From an uncultured virus (IMG/VR IMGVR_UViG_3300027732_001162) (Duplodnaviria > Heunggongvirae > Uroviricota > Caudoviricetes): a stretch of DNA of 64,000 bases. A program made the translations under genes and the position numbers. This document shows, in pieces, positions 26,254 to 34,182 of this stretch. Under the pieces are notes generated by a model. It saw only the letters and a program-made list of their open reading frames with translations. It was not told the origin of the DNA and did not search any database. The stretch lies in IMG/VR virus record IMGVR_UViG_3300027732_001162; one strand, written 5' to 3'. How positions within the stretch are numbered: position 1 is the stretch's first letter; each line of letters starts with the position of its first letter.

Positions 26254-26702
26254 TTCTTACCTCCCGCGGCTTGATTTAAAATACTAATGGCTTCTGCATC
26301 AACTTTGCACTCTGCATCCATTTTAGCGGCTTCTTTAACTATGCGTTCTTGTACAACAACTTGTATTTCTTTAACAGTTTTTATTTTGTCTCTGTACTGT
26401 GTTTGTATAACAGTATTAATTTCTTTGGATTTAGCTTCAGCCGCAACTACTTTTGCTTCTGCTTCTGCTACTTTGGCACGCCATGCTAGTTCAGTGTCGT
26501 ACCCACCACGCAACCATACACCCAGCACAAGAACAACAATGCCGATAGGTTTTAATATTCCAGCATATCTTCCGTATACTGGAATCCATTTGCCCAACCA
26601 CCCGGCTACAACACCAGTCAATCCCACAGCAATGATGCCCCAGTAGACCCAGTTCAATATTGCATCTGGTATGATGCTAAACATCCACTGAAATTGTTCC
26701 AT
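26250..26702 (-). CDS. i-spanin (Rz)-like protein
   Basis: N-terminal TM helices, coiled coil and C-terminal Cys; immediately after the endolysin. Confidence 0.7.
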   Translation of the reverse strand: MEQFQWMFSIIPDAILNWVYWGIIAVGLTGVVAGWLGKWIPVYGRYAGILKPIGIVVLVLGVWLRGGYDTELAWRAKVAEAEAKVVAAEAKSKEINTVIQTQYRDKIKTVKEIQVVVQERIVKEAAKMDAECKVDAEAISILNQAAGGKK

Positions 26703-26705
26703 GGG

Positions 26706-27335
26706 TTAACCCTCTAATACATGCAGTGCGTGGTCATAATGTTTAATGCGATCTTCAAGACCAATAGTGCCACCGTTAATACGTTTGGTCATTGTTAGTA
26801 TGTCACCTGAGTCTGCCCACTGATTTAAATTATTTGCTTCCCAGAACCAAGCCGCTGATTGTACACAACCTTCAAATGTTGTCAAATGTTCGCTGGCTTC
26901 TTCCACACTAATTTCTAAACTTTGGGCGTAACGTGTGTAGTTGTCTTTACCAGTTAACTGAATAAGACCTTTACCTGCATATTTCCAACCATCACCTGAC
27001 TCTTCTGGACCGTTGCCCATGCGATTACCATATGCTCGATTGGCTATGCGTTCTGGTTGTTTTTCATAAGACTTGGCCACTGCCAAGTCTGGAAAATATC
27101 TCGGCCATACTTTGCAAAGACTTTCTGCTTTGTAATTTAAGTTTTCTTTGATTGCACGATAGTTACCGCTTTCGTGTGCGGTTTGAGCCAAGAATGCCGC
27201 AACACGTGGTACAGTGTCAATATCATAATCGGGAAGTATTTGACATAGAGATTCGTACCAATCATCAAGGTAAGGGTTGTTACCAATGATAGCTTTGAAT
27301 TTATCTTTTGTAAAATTAAATTTAAAATCCGCCAT
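26706..27335 (-). CDS. GH19 (chitinase-like) endolysin
   Basis: FLAQTAHES, ENLNY, GKGLIQLTGKDNY, SAAWFW and TKRINGG. Confidence 0.92.
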   Translation of the reverse strand: MADFKFNFTKDKFKAIIGNNPYLDDWYESLCQILPDYDIDTVPRVAAFLAQTAHESGNYRAIKENLNYKAESLCKVWPRYFPDLAVAKSYEKQPERIANRAYGNRMGNGPEESGDGWKYAGKGLIQLTGKDNYTRYAQSLEISVEEASEHLTTFEGCVQSAAWFWEANNLNQWADSGDILTMTKRINGGTIGLEDRIKHYDHALHVLEG

Positions 27336-28065
27336 TTGCTTTCTCCAGTATTAAGGCATAACCGTCTTTTTCTAATATAAACTTTGAACCTATTTTGTTT
27401 ATATTATAGTTGCCAATGTATTTTGTTAGATAGATAGTTTCAGCCATGCCGTTACCTTCTAATATGATTGGGCCTTTTGTTTGTTCATGCATTTCTTGCT
27501 TGGATCCAAAATCAACAATTTTTAATGTAATGGGATCTTTGTGAATACGTTTTAATCTAATAGTTTCGCTGAGTAATTGTACATTGTCTACATAGCTACT
27601 ACTAAAAAAATTACTAAAATTATTTAATCCTTCTGTTTGGATAGACACATCATATGCATCACCATCCATTGGAATTTTAGCAGTTAATTTTTCTAATGTG
27701 GCATCTTGGCTTTTAAATTCTTTATGATATCGAAATTTAAAATCTTCTATGTCTGTCAATTTACTAATACCATCTAGCATTTCTATAATTTGCTCTGGTA
27801 CATGCCTACTGCGTTCCAACTCAACAAACACTCGAAAATTTCCATCATCAAGTTCGCCTTTGGTTGCTTCGGAATCCAATACAAATTCATAACCCATCTC
27901 AATAAAATTTTCTAAATCTTTTGCAGGATCATGAGAAAAAACTGTAAATGTCAATACAACAGTATCTCTATCGTCTCCAACCTTACTTCTGTAATTATCA
28001 ATTTCGAAAATATTGTCTACGAGATTTCTAAGATCTTTTGCTTTGAGTGATTCGTTAATATTCAT
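27322..28065 (-). CDS. Hypothetical phage protein
   Basis: Likely start MNINESLK at 28065. Confidence 0.7.
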   Translation of the reverse strand: MNINESLKAKDLRNLVDNIFEIDNYRSKVGDDRDTVVLTFTVFSHDPAKDLENFIEMGYEFVLDSEATKGELDDGNFRVFVELERSRHVPEQIIEMLDGISKLTDIEDFKFRYHKEFKSQDATLEKLTAKIPMDGDAYDVSIQTEGLNNFSNFFSSSYVDNVQLLSETIRLKRIHKDPITLKIVDFGSKQEMHEQTKGPIILEGNGMAETIYLTKYIGNYNINKIGSKFILEKDGYALILEKANGGF

Positions 28066-28066
28066 A

Positions 28067-28660
28067 TTATGCCGCCATCGGTGCGCCACCCGGCGGTGGT
28101 GTGATTGGTGCTCCGCCTAGAGGCATACCACCTGGCATTGGAGGGCTAATTGGAGCGGTATTTAATTGACTGGCCGCATTGGTATCCAGTGGAGTTGGCG
28201 GTTGAGTTTTCAATCCATCATCGCCTAGTTCTTCGCGCATTCTGTTCATGTAACCTTTGTAAATATCAACTACCAGTTTCTTTGGCATGGTAACTTCCAC
28301 GACCCAAATAGGTTTACGATCCATGAATCCTTTTTTGGTACCTGGACGAATGTCACCAGGATTTTTAATAGGACGAGCTTCCATCAAGTGTGTTTTCTGA
28401 TAGCTGATTTTACAGCCAATTTCTTGTAATCGTTTAGCGGCCATGGGATCTGGCATCTTATCACGTGGCCACATAAAGCTAGCAGTGATCCAATGACGCT
28501 CCACTTTGGGACCAAATGCCAATTCACCATCACTCCAGTTTTTATATACGTACATATCCATTTCGTCCAGTACTCGCTCAAAGTCTTTAAGCGCGGCCAA
28601 ACTACTATTATTTTCGTATAGTTCTTGTATGTTTGTAATAATGTCTATAATATCATGCAT
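28067..28660 (-). CDS. Hypothetical phage protein with Pro-rich tail
   Basis: 197-aa ORF; TAAATA upstream at 28687-28692. Confidence 0.75.
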   Translation of the reverse strand: MHDIIDIITNIQELYENNSSLAALKDFERVLDEMDMYVYKNWSDGELAFGPKVERHWITASFMWPRDKMPDPMAAKRLQEIGCKISYQKTHLMEARPIKNPGDIRPGTKKGFMDRKPIWVVEVTMPKKLVVDIYKGYMNRMREELGDDGLKTQPPTPLDTNAASQLNTAPISPPMPGGMPLGGAPITPPPGGAPMAA

Positions 28661-28739
28661 GATTTGTCCCTAGAAGCTTCTACACTTATTTAGCTGGTTC
28701 GAAATCATAACGTATCAGTTTATTATTCTGTGTATTCTG

Positions 28740-28811
28740 TAAATACTATGTAGGACGAACGGTAGTTATCGGGCGGTCACTACAGTCGTTCTACATTCCC
28801 CAATGTAGGAG
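28740..28811 (+). promoter_or_regulatory. TAAATA element plus structured phoH leader
   Basis: Long hairpin 28748-28796 and an alternative SD-covering hairpin 28789-28810. Confidence 0.55.
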
Positions 28812-28821
28812 ACATTAAACA

Positions 28822-29538
28822 ATGAGTAAACAAAGAGTGAAAAAACGTTTTCAATCAGAAGTTAACGTGTTAGATTTTCAACCATATCTTCCGCAGAAAA
28901 AGCAGAGAGTAAGTCTGTATGCGAGAAGTCCCAACCAGCAAACATACCTCCAAAAGTTACAAGATGAAACCAAAAGTATTGTCTTGGCTATTGGCCCAGC
29001 AGGCACGGGTAAAACTATGCTAGCCGTGCAAAATGGTATCAAGCAGTTTCAAGAAGGTTTAGTTGATAAAATCATTGTTACAAGACCCGCCGTTAGTGTG
29101 GACGAAGATTTAGGATTTTTACCAGGAACGCTTAATGAAAAAATGGCACCTTGGACAAGACCTATATTTGACGTCCTAGGAGAGTATTATCAAACCAAAG
29201 ACATCGCTAAGATGTTAGAAGAAGGAGTGATAGAAATAAGTCCACTGGCATACATGCGTGGACGCACATTCAAGAATGCCTATATTATTGCAGATGAAAT
29301 GCAAAATGCGACAACTAATCAAATGAAAATGCTACTGACCCGATTGGGAGAAGGGTCTAAGATGGTAGTGACAGGAGATTTGGCGCAAGCAGATCGTGTC
29401 AATGATAATGGTTTAGTGAACTTTTGCGGCCTGTTGACCAGCAAAACACTAAAACATATTGACATCGTGCAATTTGATCACAAAGATATTGAACGTCACA
29501 ATGCAGTCAAGGAGGTGTTATCGCTGTACGGTGATTAA
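28822..29538 (+). CDS. phoH: PhoH-family ATPase
   Basis: GPAGTGKT, LGFLPG, YMRGRTF, DEMQN and TGDLAQ. Confidence 0.95.
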   Translation: MSKQRVKKRFQSEVNVLDFQPYLPQKKQRVSLYARSPNQQTYLQKLQDETKSIVLAIGPAGTGKTMLAVQNGIKQFQEGLVDKIIVTRPAVSVDEDLGFLPGTLNEKMAPWTRPIFDVLGEYYQTKDIAKMLEEGVIEISPLAYMRGRTFKNAYIIADEMQNATTNQMKMLLTRLGEGSKMVVTGDLAQADRVNDNGLVNFCGLLTSKTLKHIDIVQFDHKDIERHNAVKEVLSLYGD

Positions 29539-29553
29539 ATCAACGTCAAAAGG

Positions 29554-29579
29554 ATAGGGGCGTTGTTGCCCCTATTTTT
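29554..29579. terminator. Terminator hairpin between convergent genes
   Basis: ATAGGGGC-N6-GCCCCTAT followed by a T tract. Confidence 0.8.
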
Positions 29580-30024
29580 ATATCTGCGTTACTTGAATAC
29601 CCGACTTTTTAAGAAACGTGACACCACTAGTATCCCTATAAGAGTTCCTATATAGAACACTGCCAATGCCACTTTGGTATATAAGTTTGGCACAGTCCAA
29701 ACATGGAGCATGGGTAATAAACATAGTAGCACCCATACCAGATTCGTTAGACTTAGCAAGTTTAGCAATGGCATTAGTTTCAGCATGAAGTACCTCTGGT
29801 TTAGTTTTTAATCTAATTTCAACAACATTTTCATCAACGTCTAGCACATGTCCAACTTCATCTTCGCAGTTGTTGTCCCAACCTGCCGGCATACCGTTGT
29901 AGCCGATAGATATTATTCTATCATCCTTAACCACAATAGCACCTACATGAAGTCTACGTGCCGAGCTTAATTCAGCAAAGCGTTCGGCCACATCCATATA
30001 GGCATCTATGAACTTGTCTTTCAT
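29578..30024 (-). CDS. dCMP deaminase
   Basis: IGYNG, HAETNAI and PCLDC. Confidence 0.92.
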   Translation of the reverse strand: MKDKFIDAYMDVAERFAELSSARRLHVGAIVVKDDRIISIGYNGMPAGWDNNCEDEVGHVLDVDENVVEIRLKTKPEVLHAETNAIAKLAKSNESGMGATMFITHAPCLDCAKLIYQSGIGSVLYRNSYRDTSGVTFLKKSGIQVTQI

Positions 30025-30935
30025 ATATTAGTAAGTCTAACAAGAACCGATGCAAGATTAATTTCAGGATCCATCACAAGTGTATGGTCAACCATGCCTT
30101 GTTTGATAATGTGAATAGCCTTGAACTGACTTGCTTCTTCACCGAATATTTCAATGTTATCGTACAGCCATCGATAAATTTCACCCATGTCTTCTGGTCT
30201 AGCTTTGCTACACAACATCTTACGTGCTTCGCTAATCTTACCTGCTTTGAACAATGCAACCATTTCAAACCTGTAATCCAAACTGCCTGCATCTTCTTTG
30301 TGCGGAGCGTGTAACGCACCCTCGCTGGTATTTTGCTGTAGCATATTAATGCATTTACGCAAATCTGGATAGGTCGCACTGACATATAAATCTAGGGTTT
30401 CTAGATCAAACTCGATGTTTTCTTCTACTAGAATTGTTGCCGAACGAGCTGTAAATTCTGTTTGATCCAACTTGGTAAAGTGAAACTGCTGACAACGACT
30501 GTGCAATGCTGGCACAACCATGTTGGGATTATTACAAGTAAGAATAAAACGGGCAAAGCTACTGTACTCTTCAACAATGCCTTTTAAGCTATCCTGTGCT
30601 TGCGGACTCAACCGATCTGCTTCGTCCAGCAATACTACCTTAAATGGGCCCCAGGCAATGCTACTGATAAACGGAACAATCTTGTTACGAATAAAATCAA
30701 TACCAGTTTCGCGACTTGCATTGACTTCTAGCACATCAGCTTCTTCAATGCCTATTTCATTAACCAGCATCTTGGCCATTGTTGTTTTGCCAATACCAGG
30801 CGGCCCGCTCAGTAGCAAGTGGGGAATTGATTTGTCTTTGATCCAACTTTCCACCTGACGTTTCTGTCCACCATCACGCCAGACATATCCGTCAATAGTG
30901 CTGGGACGATATTTTTCCACCCATAATTCAATCAT
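30021..30935 (-). CDS. Clamp loader AAA+ subunit (gp44/RFC small-like)
   Basis: WVEKYRP, GPPGIGKTT, NAS, LDEAD and SRC motifs. Confidence 0.93.
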   Translation of the reverse strand: MIELWVEKYRPSTIDGYVWRDGGQKRQVESWIKDKSIPHLLLSGPPGIGKTTMAKMLVNEIGIEEADVLEVNASRETGIDFIRNKIVPFISSIAWGPFKVVLLDEADRLSPQAQDSLKGIVEEYSSFARFILTCNNPNMVVPALHSRCQQFHFTKLDQTEFTARSATILVEENIEFDLETLDLYVSATYPDLRKCINMLQQNTSEGALHAPHKEDAGSLDYRFEMVALFKAGKISEARKMLCSKARPEDMGEIYRWLYDNIEIFGEEASQFKAIHIIKQGMVDHTLVMDPEINLASVLVRLTNI

Positions 30936-31156
30936 TGTATCACTGGCCTTTCAAATGTTTTAACTCTGTCTCTACTTGCTGAAATATTGTCAACAATCTG
31001 ATTATATTCTTTTTCACTTAATGAACTTTTGTAAATGGTAAGAGATTGTGCCATCATAATTCCCGCAACTTCCATAGCACCATACTCACCACACAGTGTA
31101 TCCACAAATGCTAAATTTTTAGAATATAATTCTTGTAATTGATCATCAGCAATCAT
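30932..31156 (-). CDS. Hypothetical protein
   Basis: 74-aa ORF coupled to both neighbours. Confidence 0.65.
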   Translation of the reverse strand: MIADDQLQELYSKNLAFVDTLCGEYGAMEVAGIMMAQSLTIYKSSLSEKEYNQIVDNISASRDRVKTFERPVIQ

Positions 31157-31380
31157 ACTAATTCCTCTGCAATTCCTAGTAACTCTGCAACAATTAACAA
31201 TGCCCCGGCAACTACAAAATCACCAAAACATAATGCTAAACCTGCTAAAATGCGAAATCCACTTTTAATCATACTAACGCTAGTATGTGTAAAAATTTTG
31301 TTAGTTACTGTAGTTTTTCCTGCGTCTAAAACACTTTTTGCCTTTTTAATATCTTCTACTGCTTCGCCATGTGTACTCAT
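31153..31380 (-). CDS. Small membrane protein
   Basis: Two hydrophobic segments ending AELLGIAEELV; GGAG SD before the ATG at 31380. Confidence 0.65.
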   Translation of the reverse strand: MSTHGEAVEDIKKAKSVLDAGKTTVTNKIFTHTSVSMIKSGFRILAGLALCFGDFVVAGALLIVAELLGIAEELV

Positions 31381-31400
31381 AATGTTCTCCAATAATGTTT

Positions 31401-31439
31401 ATTGTACAGGTGAAAACAGGGCTAGTCAATAGCCCTGTT
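31401..31439 (-). terminator. Terminator hairpin overlapping a sigma70 promoter (TTGACT-N17-TACAAT)
   Basis: AACAGGGCTA-N5-TAGCCCTGTT plus TT; -35 at 31424-31429 (mostly the loop), -10 at 31401-31406. Confidence 0.75.
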
Positions 31440-31455
31440 GCTCGAAATAATAAAA

Positions 31456-31857
31456 TTAATTTTCGAAAGATTTATTCACAAACGTGGATGGATCAACAGT
31501 GGCATGAGTAACTGACTCGTGTACACCGTGAATAATTTCGCTTGGTTTATCATCGGCAACCGCCAAAATAGCTTTGATATCAGCACGACGAATAATAGTT
31601 TGAGTACCATCTTCATGCTCGATGGTAATACCGCGAGACCAACGGCCATGTTCAAGTAAAATCCATTCACCTACTTTTACATCTTTTTGTTCAGCGCCAA
31701 CGGCCCAAACTTTGCCCCAACGATTCTTAACGCCCTCGCTTTTGCCATCGTCACTGAGAATAACAATTCCACCTTTGGATTTTTGCTCTCCGAAATCCAT
31801 ATCTGAAATAAGGACATTGTCACGTACAGGTATAAGTTTTCCTTTTACTACACTCAT
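31456..31857 (-). CDS. groES: GroES-like co-chaperonin
   Basis: PVRDNVLI, KSKGGIVI mobile loop, GKVWAVG, VKVGE and DIKAILAV. Confidence 0.85.
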   Translation of the reverse strand: MSVVKGKLIPVRDNVLISDMDFGEQKSKGGIVILSDDGKSEGVKNRWGKVWAVGAEQKDVKVGEWILLEHGRWSRGITIEHEDGTQTIIRRADIKAILAVADDKPSEIIHGVHESVTHATVDPSTFVNKSFEN

Positions 31858-32075
31858 ACGCCGCCTGTGGTATCATTTGCTTGTTGTTTCTCTGCTAGCA
31901 ATTCTTCTCTAGTTTGAACAATTTTGCCACCGGGGCCTAATTTGTCACCTCGAGCATTAACACGCATATTGCCCACAGCAATAGTCATTTCGTTTTGGTT
32001 AATTAGTTTACCCATATCAATTTCTTTACCTTGCATTGTACGATAAACTTTTTTTGGTTGTTCTTTCATTGCCAT
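31854..32075 (-). CDS. Hypothetical protein
   Basis: 73-aa ORF with AVGNMRVNARGDKLG; AGGAG SD. Confidence 0.7.
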   Translation of the reverse strand: MAMKEQPKKVYRTMQGKEIDMGKLINQNEMTIAVGNMRVNARGDKLGPGGKIVQTREELLAEKQQANDTTGGV

Positions 32076-32101
32076 ATTAATCTCCTGGATTATGATATTA
32101 C

Positions 32102-32611
32102 TTATCTCAAGAATTCCTGCCAGTCTAAATTATATTTTATACTGTCAATTCTATGTACGCCTATTAAAAATAGCACGTAACTAGCCACACTACTGCCCCG
32201 ACCAACACCCCAAACGGTATTATTAGCTTGGCAAGTGTCTACAAAGTATTTTAACCACCGTAATAAATCTATCATATTGCGTTCTTTAAACGCGGCCAGT
32301 TCCTCAGTTACTCTAGAGTGTTGAGGATCCCACGGTGGTGTTTGTTTCCATATCCATGCTTCGATGTCCAGTGTTTTGTATTCATTGGGCATAAACCAAT
32401 TGCTTTGGCAAGCTGAATCATAATCACTTACCTCAAAGTGAGTTTCGTAAGGTTCAAGAAATTTGAAACCAAGTTCAGTTTCTAATTGTTTGATAGACTC
32501 TGTTCGTTCAACAAGCATGGTGTCGTTGACATTGAATTGATGGCTTTGATACAAGGCATCAAATAGGTCTTGTTCTGAAAATATAGGATTGGAATACTTG
32601 TCTAGGCGCAT
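32102..32611 (-). CDS. Stand-alone fragment of DNA polymerase III alpha (DnaE)
   Basis: RVTEEL...GVGRGSSVASYVLFLIGVHRIDSIKYNLDWQEFLR matches the DnaE GRGS region; own TTGACA-N17-TAAACT promoter at 32619-32647. Confidence 0.8.
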   Translation of the reverse strand: MRLDKYSNPIFSEQDLFDALYQSHQFNVNDTMLVERTESIKQLETELGFKFLEPYETHFEVSDYDSACQSNWFMPNEYKTLDIEAWIWKQTPPWDPQHSRVTEELAAFKERNMIDLLRWLKYFVDTCQANNTVWGVGRGSSVASYVLFLIGVHRIDSIKYNLDWQEFLR

Positions 32612-32621
32612 AGCCTATAGT

Positions 32622-32846
32622 TTAACTGAGTTTAATTAAACTGTCAAGGTTTTTATCTTTCATTTGTTCTTCGATTATTCGGCGATTTCGATCACTGAGT
32701 TCGATACGTAACTCGTCTAAGATATTGGCAATTTGTCTTTGAATATCTGGATTGCGTGTCATAAAATACTTTTTGGTAAGATCATTTATCTTATTGTGTA
32801 TTTCTTGATCCTTCAATCCAGACAGTTCATTAACTAATGGATGCAT
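32622..32846 (-). CDS. Hypothetical helical protein
   Basis: 74-aa ORF coupled to the upstream gene. Confidence 0.65.
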   Translation of the reverse strand: MHPLVNELSGLKDQEIHNKINDLTKKYFMTRNPDIQRQIANILDELRIELSDRNRRIIEEQMKDKNLDSLIKLS

Positions 32847-34144
32847 TAGTTATATTCGCCAATATATCGCATGTACACGTTTGCGCCAGCATCACGTGTC
32901 CAGGCTTCGATAACTTTTGGGTTATCACCGGTCAATGCGGTAATTGCAGTTGTCACCGATGTATTCGATCCACCACCAGTTGGATTAAATGAAACACTTG
33001 GAGGACTGGTGTAACCGTCACCGTAGTTAGTAACAACTATTCCGCCAACTCCGAATCCCATTATCACTCGGGCGCCAAAACCAATACCAACAATTGGACT
33101 AGTAGAATAAGATGTTGTGCCCAATGGCAATGGCAGGGTTCCGCCTGAGCTGACAATCAGGCCACCGATCGGGCCTGTCAATGTACCGTCACTGTAAGTA
33201 ACTGTTACACCGGTAGCAGTTGCCTGTGCTGTTGCACTCATAGTAATTGTGCCGCCTGACTCACTGAATGAGTTTACTGTAGTCCCAACTGGAATACCTG
33301 CACCAGTAAGAGCTACACCAGCCGCAATGTTTCTAAAATCCGTTACGTTTGTCAAGTTGGCCTGCCCGTTAGTGGTATTAGCAAGTAATGTTAGATTCAA
33401 TGCGCTGACTTGTAAAATAATTCCAGAATTTGCATTGATGATAATTTGATCGTTTAGTTTATAACTGTTACCAGAGTAACCGCCAACAATTGTGGCACTT
33501 ACGCAAGTATAAGTAGCTGTTCCGGTTGCTTGTGTACCGTTTGTTTGCAAACCACCACCGCTGAATACCACAGTTGCCGCACTGGTATAACCTGAACCGG
33601 GACTGCCAACCACTGCGGTAGCTAAACTTTCTCCACCAACTGTGATGCCTCTGGTGCTTGAACTATTTGGTAATGTTGGGAACGCCGTGTCATAACGTAG
33701 TGTACCTGCATTTTCTGTTGAAAAACTGGGAATACGAACAGCAGTTTGGTCGCTATAAAGCATCATACGCACAGCCGCATATTTGCCAGTGGTTGGCCAA
33801 TTTTTAAATGTAAGTGTAGCGTTGGTAGCAAGTGTTACACTTTGCAATGGGCCATTGGTTAAACTAATATCAGTGTTGGTAACAATGGTACCTAAATCCA
33901 ATGCCACGCCATAAAATGTTTTAATAACAGCATTTGATAACGTGTTCTGTCCAAAATCGTTAGCGGAATTTTTGAATGCCGCATTGTTTTGTAACGCAGT
34001 AATTTCTGTACTGGCTTGTCCTAAGCCAGTCTTAATTGTACCAAAGTTATCTCTAAAACCTTGGCTGTTGTTGTCCTGCCCTGCAACAGGGTATGTGGCA
34101 TCTACTGAGCCAAAGTTGATTAAACTTGCGGTTGGGTTTGACAT
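32846..34144 (-). CDS. Tail/baseplate structural protein
   Basis: YPVAGQDNNSQGFRDNF N-terminus, Thr/Gly-rich GSGYT repeats; two TAAATA upstream. Confidence 0.7.
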   Translation of the reverse strand: MSNPTASLINFGSVDATYPVAGQDNNSQGFRDNFGTIKTGLGQASTEITALQNNAAFKNSANDFGQNTLSNAVIKTFYGVALDLGTIVTNTDISLTNGPLQSVTLATNATLTFKNWPTTGKYAAVRMMLYSDQTAVRIPSFSTENAGTLRYDTAFPTLPNSSSTRGITVGGESLATAVVGSPGSGYTSAATVVFSGGGLQTNGTQATGTATYTCVSATIVGGYSGNSYKLNDQIIINANSGIILQVSALNLTLLANTTNGQANLTNVTDFRNIAAGVALTGAGIPVGTTVNSFSESGGTITMSATAQATATGVTVTYSDGTLTGPIGGLIVSSGGTLPLPLGTTSYSTSPIVGIGFGARVIMGFGVGGIVVTNYGDGYTSPPSVSFNPTGGGSNTSVTTAITALTGDNPKVIEAWTRDAGANVYMRYIGEYN

Positions 34145-34182
34145 ACTTTCATCCTATATATTTACTGTGTATTTATCGTTCG

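Noticed and set aside
20806..31857. Bacterial chromosome origin suggested by clpA, def, dnaJ, phoH and groES
   Set aside because: Interspersed with phage lysis, tail, clamp-loader and late-promoter features, without bacterial operon context.
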